From Prevotella sp. (GTDB lineage Bacteria; Bacteroidota; Bacteroidia; Bacteroidales; Dysgonomonadaceae): DNA of 64,000 nucleotides. The notes under the pieces are model-generated. The model was not told the DNA's origin, made no database searches, and saw only the letters and a program-made list of their open reading frames with translations. Position numbers and translations under genes: made by a program. The stretch spans positions 1-64,000 of the forward strand of contig JAITVV010000035.1 of assembly GCA_031285625.1 (NCBI GenBank). The letters are read 5' to 3'. Shown one piece after another: positions 57,170 through 64,000 of the stretch (positions within the stretch are counted from its first letter, which is position 1; each line of letters starts with the position of its first letter).

Positions 57170-58729
57170 TTAAAACTGGAAATAGATGAATGGTTGAGGA
57201 CCGCTCGATGCTGTTGCGAATACCATCCAGAATATCAGACCTGCAAGGGTAGCTTTACCCAATAATGGAATTGTATCGAATCCCGCTTTTATTGAGTTTA
57301 CAAACTTTTCAGGCAGGAAGTGCATTATATAGCCTATTACTAACAGGATAAATACATTTCTGTATCCTTCGAGTATAGCCAACCATTCTGTAGGAGCAAA
57401 TGTCAGATTTCCTATGTTTGAGATCACATCACCGGCCAGTTCAAAGCTTCCGGCACGGAAGAAAATCCAGCAGAATGCCACGAAATGAAAGGTTAATATA
57501 ATGTATATTATACGTGTAAAGCGATTATCCGGAATCTTAATGAATTGCTTGAAGAAGCGTTCAATAGCAAGCATTGTACCATGTAATCCTCCCCAGATTA
57601 CAAACTTCCATGAGGCTCCATGCCAGAGTCCGCCGATAAGCATTGTAAGGAAGAGATTTACATAAGTTCTTACTTTTCCTTTTCTGTTACCTCCTAATGA
57701 GATGTAAAGGTAATCTCTCAGCCATGATGACAGAGATATATGCCAACGACGCCAAAACTCCGTAACGGATTGTGATTTGTATGGTGTGAGGAAGTTAGGT
57801 GGTATTGTAAAGCCCATCAGCAACGAAAGGCCGATTGCTATATCCGAATATCCCGAAAAGTCGCAATATATCTGGAGTGTGTAACCATATACAGCCATAA
57901 GGTTTTCGAAAGCGGTATAGCTCATTGGTGAGTCAAATACACGATCTACAAAATTAGTGGATATATAATCTGATATTATAGCTTTCTTTACCAGTCCTAT
58001 CAGGATAAGAAATATTGCAGCACTGGCATCTTCTTTGGTCAGATGCAATTTATTCTTCATCTGCGGAAGAAAATCTTTTGCTCTGATAATAGGTCCTGCT
58101 ACCAACTTAGGGAAGAATGTGATGTAAAAACAGAAGTCAAGTAATGAGTCTGCCGGTTTCATCTGTCTACGATACAGGTCAACGCCATAACTGATGGCTT
58201 CGAATACAAAGAAGGATATCCCTATTGGCAGAATTATATTATGTAAAGCGAAATTCCCGTTGAAAATTGCATTTATATTATCTATCAGGAAGTTGGTGTA
58301 TTTGAAATAGGCCAGCATTAATAGATTGGCTACTATAATAATTATCAGTAGTAATTTTTGTGTAGACCGTTTTTCGGTATTATACATCTTTACTGCCAGA
58401 AGATGGGTAGCAACTGCGCATATAACCAGCAACACAAAATAATTGAGAGGGAAGCTATAACCAAGGATATTTATATCCATTGTATTACCTCCTGCCAAGT
58501 AATAAAAATATAAAGAAAAAGCGATCAGGTATACTTTTCTAAAATGGTCATGTTTTTTGCTTATAACATATACAAGATAGAATACCAGGAAAAATCCCAT
58601 AAAGAAAGCACTGTTGAATAATAGCGGACGTGATGCATCATACACAAAGTATGGTGCTATATCATTTATGATACTGTCTATATAGTCAGGTAGATAGAAG
58701 TTACTGATATCGTCTAGAAATGTTTTCAC
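57170..58729 (-). CDS. MBOAT family O-acyltransferase (AlgI/PatA/DltB-like)
   Basis: LPIGISFF.F, FFPKLVAGPIIR, QIYCDFSGYSD, FWRRWHISLSSWLRDYLYI, GLWHGA, PFIYFQF. Confidence 0.95.
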   Translation of the reverse strand: MKTFLDDISNFYLPDYIDSIINDIAPYFVYDASRPLLFNSAFFMGFFLVFYLVYVISKKHDHFRKVYLIAFSLYFYYLAGGNTMDINILGYSFPLNYFVLLVICAVATHLLAVKMYNTEKRSTQKLLLIIIIVANLLMLAYFKYTNFLIDNINAIFNGNFALHNIILPIGISFFVFEAISYGVDLYRRQMKPADSLLDFCFYITFFPKLVAGPIIRAKDFLPQMKNKLHLTKEDASAAIFLILIGLVKKAIISDYISTNFVDRVFDSPMSYTAFENLMAVYGYTLQIYCDFSGYSDIAIGLSLLMGFTIPPNFLTPYKSQSVTEFWRRWHISLSSWLRDYLYISLGGNRKGKVRTYVNLFLTMLIGGLWHGASWKFVIWGGLHGTMLAIERFFKQFIKIPDNRFTRIIYIILTFHFVAFCWIFFRAGSFELAGDVISNIGNLTFAPTEWLAILEGYRNVFILLVIGYIMHFLPEKFVNSIKAGFDTIPLLGKATLAGLIFWMVFATASSGPQPFIYFQF

Positions 58730-60162
58730 TTGCTCTTGTTTTTCTTGTATTTATTATATGCCTGTATAAAATCAGAAGCAAACATCTGACCTTGCGCTTC
58801 ATATCCGCTAGTAGTATAATGTACCTTATCCCGTGCTATCTTTGAAGCATATTCTCCTTTTGCCCTTATGGATGAAGCGCCATTCATGCGCGAATATAGA
58901 TCCCATACTGGAAGGTAATTTATACCCATAAGTGCCACACTATAATCTGCCACGAATGTATTGGTTTGGCGTCTGCGGAACATAGATGGAGGAGGAGTCA
59001 TCACCAATACTGTTGCTTTAGGGCTTTGTTTCTTAATATTATTTACAAATTCATTTATCTGAAACATATATTCTGTATCCGACATTTTGCCAAATGATTC
59101 GTTTGTTCCGAACGAAAGGATAATGAGATCCGGGTGCAGAATCGGCAATTGCTCGAAGAAGAGAGGATATTTAATATAATCTGACATTCTTGCACCATTC
59201 ACCCCAATAGTATGATATACCACTCCCGGCAGGTCATTTTCTATAACGAAGCCGTTGAAATTGTACATTGCCATTTGCCCGTCAGGGACTAAAGTGATAC
59301 GGCTAATAGCGGAATCACTGGTATATGAAGCGTAGTATGGTTTAGATTCCAGTTCGACATATTCCAATGCATCCGTTTCTATGTTTGATTTACTCACCTT
59401 TGGCGCAACAGTCTTAGTAGCTCCTTTTACCGGAATTTTTAGTGATTGGTTTGGCTTTATCATATTCGACTTCATATTGTTTGCACTCTTGATCTGTGCA
59501 ACAGTAACTCTATATTTTCTTCCGATAGATGATAAACTCTCTCCCTTTTTTACTTTATGGTATTTTGTGCTGATAGCAGTTGCGACGCCCGAAGAACTAC
59601 TGCCTGTAATCTCTAATGGGTCTGCTGTTATACTCATTTTATAATGCAGGTCTTTATCCGGATAAATAATTTTTATATGAGTGAACTCATATCCTATTCC
59701 GGTGTATAATTGAAGGACAAAATCGGGTGCCGAAGTATAAAGCGCTATACCACTAAGTCCGACTCCTACATCGGCAATCGGTGATACATTCCGTAGACTT
59801 TGCCATGACGCATTGCTGCTGTATCTTACGTTGCGCGTCCCGTTTGTTCGTATAAGGTTGTAAGGAAAAGTAAACCCATATCCTCCGTTTCCGAAGACAT
59901 ACTGTAAATCACTTCTGATGGCATCTGTAAAGAAATCCGCCTGAATATGTGAATCACCGATATGGACAATATTTATTTTCCCTTTTTTAGTCATTTCCAG
60001 GTTGTATAATTTTTCGAAAATAGGAGCCAATAGTTCTTCATTGGCAAAGGTTTTGTTGTCATTCTCTTTCAGTATCCTATTTTCTTTTGCAGATATACCG
60101 GAAGGGATGATTATAATAAGTGTAGAAAAAAAAGTTAGTAGTGTTTTTGTTAAGAATGTCAT
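58726..60162 (-). CDS. SGNH/GDSL acyltransferase-esterase with an internal LysM domain
   Basis: Signal peptide; IVHIGDSH, LysM YHKVKKGESLSSIGRKY...LKIP, GVNGA, FGTNE, DKVH. Confidence 0.88.
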   Translation of the reverse strand: MTFLTKTLLTFFSTLIIIIPSGISAKENRILKENDNKTFANEELLAPIFEKLYNLEMTKKGKINIVHIGDSHIQADFFTDAIRSDLQYVFGNGGYGFTFPYNLIRTNGTRNVRYSSNASWQSLRNVSPIADVGVGLSGIALYTSAPDFVLQLYTGIGYEFTHIKIIYPDKDLHYKMSITADPLEITGSSSSGVATAISTKYHKVKKGESLSSIGRKYRVTVAQIKSANNMKSNMIKPNQSLKIPVKGATKTVAPKVSKSNIETDALEYVELESKPYYASYTSDSAISRITLVPDGQMAMYNFNGFVIENDLPGVVYHTIGVNGARMSDYIKYPLFFEQLPILHPDLIILSFGTNESFGKMSDTEYMFQINEFVNNIKKQSPKATVLVMTPPPSMFRRRQTNTFVADYSVALMGINYLPVWDLYSRMNGASSIRAKGEYASKIARDKVHYTTSGYEAQGQMFASDFIQAYNKYKKNKSK

Positions 60163-61526
60163 TCGATCTTTTGTTTATATTTTTGGAAACCCTTATCTAT
60201 TTCATCATAGATAAGTTTTGCCACTTTTTTTGAGCCTGAGCCGTTAAAGTGTGTATAATCTTTATTGGCTAGGTGGTTATCAACCCATTTTACCATTGAT
60301 CCGTTACCACCCATTGTCTCATATAGGTTTATATATCCTGACCCTGTCTTGCGGGCATAATTTTTCTGTGCTTTGGCCAATGCTGTTACTGCAGGATCTG
60401 TTTTCATTTCCTGTTCTATTTTACTTGCTTTGTCGGCAGTAGATATAATAAGTATATCTGCATTTGGGAAACATTGGCGAAGGTTGTTCACTACTGTGGT
60501 CATGTTTTTTTCATACCAGTTGTAATTTAATGAACCATACCCTAATACATTGGCACCATATTGGAGGATAATAAGGTCATATCCCAATATCTCATCAAAA
60601 GCATTCATCAGTGACGGGCTTAGTATAGATAATGGCAATCCTGAATTCCCCCTCATAGAGAAATTATCTACATGTACACCTTTACCATCATCGAAGCTAA
60701 ATCCGTAAATAGGTATCGAATCTGCATTGCTGAATGTTACCTGTAACGATTTTACATCAGATGAGGTAAGGCTTAATGTGTTTAATATATGTGAAGGGTT
60801 AAGGTGTTTTGTTGATACGGAATCTTTATCTGCACGAATTGTTACAGATGCATTATGATTGTTAGACTTACCATATATCAAAATCGGCTTATTTAACTCG
60901 GTAGAATAAGGTTGTGATTGGGCTCTGTATTTTACCCACCCCGATTTGGAAAAGAATACTTGTCCATCTATACCGAATGGTTTCCTTGGTTTCTTTACTT
61001 TTACGAATGATTGGGTGGTCCAGTCTTTCGATACCTGATGAGATATGGAACCCCGTGAGGCAGCCGATAGTGATGAAATAGCTACATATCCGACACCGTG
61101 TCCACCATAATTTTTCTGAAACTCACTGCGTACATCCTGTACTATAAAGTCTCCATCGTTCATTGAGTCGCCGAAGTATCCGATACGTATCTTCCCCGAT
61201 TGAGTTTGTTCCAGCTGGTGTAACTTTTCGTAGAAACGTTTTAAATTCTGGTATCCTTCACCTTTTAGCGTTGGGTCTATATCTGTATCGATCTCTTCTA
61301 CTTGTTGTATACTATCAGCTTTTACAGGCAGCTTAATTGGTTCTATAGCCATTGTATCATTTATGGCATTGAGCATTAGGCTGTCAACTATTATATTCTC
61401 TGTAGCAACTACATTTTCAGGGAATAGGCGTTTTGGAAGCCATTGTTTACAAAGCAAAAAGATAGCTATGGATAAGACAATAAATAGAATTGCTTTTCCA
61501 AAATAGGAATTGTTCGATGTATTCAC
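60159..61526 (-). CDS. Membrane-anchored SGNH/GDSL protein (PatB/AlgJ/AlgX-like)
   Basis: N-terminal TM, GYFGDS, NFSMRGNSG, YGAN, DYTH; start moved to GTG 61526 because a TAGCTTTG -7 box (61587-61594, - strand) overlaps the track start. Confidence 0.82.
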   Translation of the reverse strand: MNTSNNSYFGKAILFIVLSIAIFLLCKQWLPKRLFPENVVATENIIVDSLMLNAINDTMAIEPIKLPVKADSIQQVEEIDTDIDPTLKGEGYQNLKRFYEKLHQLEQTQSGKIRIGYFGDSMNDGDFIVQDVRSEFQKNYGGHGVGYVAISSLSAASRGSISHQVSKDWTTQSFVKVKKPRKPFGIDGQVFFSKSGWVKYRAQSQPYSTELNKPILIYGKSNNHNASVTIRADKDSVSTKHLNPSHILNTLSLTSSDVKSLQVTFSNADSIPIYGFSFDDGKGVHVDNFSMRGNSGLPLSILSPSLMNAFDEILGYDLIILQYGANVLGYGSLNYNWYEKNMTTVVNNLRQCFPNADILIISTADKASKIEQEMKTDPAVTALAKAQKNYARKTGSGYINLYETMGGNGSMVKWVDNHLANKDYTHFNGSGSKKVAKLIYDEIDKGFQKYKQKIE

Positions 61527-61948
61527 AATCAGCAAATTATATGATAATTTTATATTGTTAAACTGATTTTTTTTTACAAAGCAGTGCAAAGCTAGCTACT
61601 TTCTTTGGAAATAAGTACGGGTGAAAAGATATTTTAGTGATATTTTACTTTTAAGGTCTTGGCCCTGTTTACTGTCCATCCAAGTATAATACCTATTTGG
61701 CAGTTATAACTTTAAGGTATGACAATCAAATATTAACGTTTACTTACCACATGTACTTATTATTTCCATTCACAAAAATCAGCCTGTTTTAATTCATTGT
61801 TTTTGAAACATAGATGAACGTTATTTTGTTTACTGATACAAAAATATATTAAACTTTATAATATATATAATATCTTTATTTGATATGTATCAAATGCTAT
61901 GTTTGCTGTACCAAATGAATATTTGCAGTGATAAAATAGTTTGTAGCC

Positions 61949-62428
61949 TTAGTATTTTGCTTTTGCTGTTAGGTGTTCAATTTCAATTTTGAAAGTAGTG
62001 GTTCTATCCCATGATTTTTCCATGTATTTTTCACCTATTTCTTCAAATCCAGGAGAATATTTTGCGACAAGCAATCTTAGTGCTTTCCGTTTCTCGTCAT
62101 CAGAGAGATAAATGTTTGCTGTACCAAAAGCTATAACACTTTCAAATAGGGTTGTGAACTGATTAGCTATTGGTTTGGTTATACCGACCACACAGAAAGA
62201 TACCTTGTCACTCTGCTTTAATATATCCAGTTTTTGACCTTCCGGAGCGCAATGAAAATAGAGGCAATTTGTATCTTCATCATAAGCATAACTGATAGGA
62301 ATTCCATATGCAAAACCGTTTTCTGTAATTCCTAAACTCAGGAACCCATATTCTGAAGAATGAAGTAATTCTTTGATTCGTGATTGGTCTTCAAGTATTC
62401 TGTTTTGTCTTCTTACTTCCCTAAACAT
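61949..62428 (-). CDS. Pyridoxamine 5'-phosphate oxidase family / NimA-like protein
   Basis: MFREVRRQ.R, YG.P.SY, LYFHCA..G.KLD, VSFCVV, ESVIAFG. Confidence 0.88.
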   Translation of the reverse strand: MFREVRRQNRILEDQSRIKELLHSSEYGFLSLGITENGFAYGIPISYAYDEDTNCLYFHCAPEGQKLDILKQSDKVSFCVVGITKPIANQFTTLFESVIAFGTANIYLSDDEKRKALRLLVAKYSPGFEEIGEKYMEKSWDRTTTFKIEIEHLTAKAKY

Positions 62429-62434
62429 AATGTA

Positions 62435-62821
62435 TTAATTAAATTTCTTATTTAGAGCTTCGTCTACCATATTTGATAAAAAAACATTGCCGAAAGCCCC
62501 AAATCCGATGGTTCTGGTTTCGTCATTCCATGTGACCTCTGTTGTTGAAAATAAGAGATAGTTTGATGAACCTACATGGGTAGTTACCAATTGGTCTACA
62601 TAGGCATTCCCTGCTTGGTAGCCCGATGCGTCAACAGGCATTACAATACTGTTCACTTTAGCTTTAACTGCCTCTTTATGTTTTTCCTCACCAGGATTGG
62701 TAGCAAAAGCTATTATCAATATAAGTAGGATCAAATATTTTTTTTTGAAAAAACTTGAGGCCCGTTTCGGCATCCGGTCTCTGTCTTTATATCTTTTTTC
62801 TATTTCCCTTATGTCTCTCAT
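62435..62821 (-). CDS. DUF4359-like membrane-anchored protein
   Basis: TM then TNP.EEKHKEA, NYLLFS, IG.GAFGNV; paralog of 55606-55968. Confidence 0.7.
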   Translation of the reverse strand: MRDIREIEKRYKDRDRMPKRASSFFKKKYLILLILIIAFATNPGEEKHKEAVKAKVNSIVMPVDASGYQAGNAYVDQLVTTHVGSSNYLLFSTTEVTWNDETRTIGFGAFGNVFLSNMVDEALNKKFN

Positions 62822-62825
62822 ATAG

Positions 62826-63566
62826 TTAGAATATGTGGTAGAAAATAAAATACATCATTGCTACATTAAATCCTGCATGGCTGGTAATTGCACCTAATAT
62901 CGATCCTGTTTTTTGCTTGCATATATAAAAAATCTGTGATGCAATAAACATTCCAAATACCCAGAATAGTGCGGGTAGAGGAAGAAAATACCATTTACCG
63001 AGATAGTATATAATACCAAAATGAGCGAGGTGTGTAAGAGCAAATGCCATGCTGTCGAAGATTGAGGCATTTCTTTCTCCGAACTGGGAAACAAAACTAC
63101 CATGGACAATCCCTCTATATAATAATTCTTCACCTATGGGGCTGAAAGTCATACCTACGAGTGAAAACATCAGGAAAAACATCAGTCTGTTTGATTCTAA
63201 AGCTTCTTTTGGTACTGTATATGACTTGGATATATATACAAAGCTGTTTCTGAGGGTTTCGCCCCAGAAAAATGTTGCAGCGAGGTACATAATTGCACAA
63301 AATGCAAAACCGGCAATAAAAGAATAGATTAACCATGAGTAGTCATTCGGTTTCTTTATTCCGATTTCCCTTCTTCCGTATTTTGTGAGGAATATAAAAG
63401 GAGTGATCCACATAAGAAGAAAAACAACAGAGACGTAGCCATAACTCCCCGAAGCATTTGCATCAAGAACCAATATAAAACGGGATATTCCAAAAATGAG
63501 TATAAGAAATAATCCGAATTTCCAGTTGTAAGATAAAGATTTCCAGAATGGCCTTAGTGCTGTCAT
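62826..63566 (-). CDS. CPBP (CAAX/Abi) family intramembrane metalloprotease
   Basis: EELLYRG, FAL.H, H.GFN; many TM helices. Confidence 0.9.
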   Translation of the reverse strand: MTALRPFWKSLSYNWKFGLFLILIFGISRFILVLDANASGSYGYVSVVFLLMWITPFIFLTKYGRREIGIKKPNDYSWLIYSFIAGFAFCAIMYLAATFFWGETLRNSFVYISKSYTVPKEALESNRLMFFLMFSLVGMTFSPIGEELLYRGIVHGSFVSQFGERNASIFDSMAFALTHLAHFGIIYYLGKWYFLPLPALFWVFGMFIASQIFYICKQKTGSILGAITSHAGFNVAMMYFIFYHIF

Positions 63567-63575
63567 GATAATTGT

Positions 63576-64000
63576 TTAATACCCATCCCAAAATTGATTC
63601 TTTGTTCTCTCCCTGGGCTTTTTTATACCTTCTATTGGGAAACCTATAACAAAGCTGTTGGTATAGTGATGAGTTTGTATGTCGTGTACTTTAGTCTGAT
63701 AGAAGGAGCCCATGTAACCAACCCGTATGATATACTTATTTAATGGAATGTCTGCTGTGATGTAATTACGCAGAGCACGCTGGTTATGAAAAGACGCGAA
63801 ATTAACCAGGCCTACCGAATTTCCTAAAGATATCTCGTAATAGGATTGTCCGTATTTTGGAGAAAAGAGAATACCCATAACCGGAGAATCTATTTGCCAG
63901 CGGATTGCAAACTTGTTGAATTTATAGGAAGCTGTTGCTGATATATTGAGGTTGGAATATGCCCGTGCAGCAGCGGGATTATTTCCATTACGTTCGTTGT
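63576..64000 (-). CDS. DUF3316-like outer membrane protein, 3' part (start lies beyond the window)
   Basis: Frame stays open to the window edge: NERNGNNPAAARA...FSPKYGQSYYEI. Confidence 0.75.
   Translation of the reverse strand, partial: NERNGNNPAAARAYSNLNISATASYKFNKFAIRWQIDSPVMGILFSPKYGQSYYEISLGNSVGLVNFASFHNQRALRNYITADIPLNKYIIRVGYMGSFYQTKVHDIQTHHYTNSFVIGFPIEGIKKPRERTKNQFWDGY

Noticed and set aside
61600-61895. Possible sRNA in the AT-rich spacer (TGATACA...TGTATCA inverted repeat)
   Set aside because: Only a 7-bp repeat in very AT-rich DNA and no clear promoter-terminator pair.
1202-63336. Many short ORFs (60-180 aa) antisense to or out of frame within long genes
   Set aside because: They lie within well-supported genes and show no recognisable motifs; expected shadow ORFs.
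1-64000. CRISPR array, tRNA/rRNA, transposase, integrase or prophage
   Set aside because: No regularly spaced repeat-spacer pattern, cloverleaf, rRNA-like tract or such ORF seen by eye; tRNAscan and cmscan were not run.

Overview
AT-rich Bacteroidota chromosome segment (Bacteroidales; gene content and style suggest Dysgonomonas/Porphyromonadaceae-like, not provable here). It holds sbcD-sbcC, then a ~27-kb polysaccharide utilization locus (DUF4832 protein, SusC/SusD, GH97, GH2 beta-glucuronidase, GH88, CE15, a second GH2, stand-alone GH35-type beta-domains, GH3, a hybrid two-component regulator, an exported FAD oxidoreductase and a GH36-like enzyme). Mostly housekeeping genes follow (recJ, recQ, hisA/F/IE, ftsE, GH20, UvrD/PcrA, TrmH, tamL, peroxiredoxin, MalY/PatB, slyD), plus an SGNH/LysM-SGNH/MBOAT/ATP-grasp envelope-acylation operon. 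I found no rRNA, tRNA, CRISPR array, transposase or phage gene. Most notable: (i) a uronate-directed PUL with GH88 but no recognisable lyase, and several uncharacterised proteins that could fill that gap; (ii) several families of small, structured, non-coding interspersed elements, including a GC-rich pseudoknot-capped inverted doublet at the window start and GTCAT hairpin units with compensatory base changes; (iii) an O-acylation operon tightly linked to an ATP-grasp protein. All family calls come from reading motifs by eye; no database searches were run.
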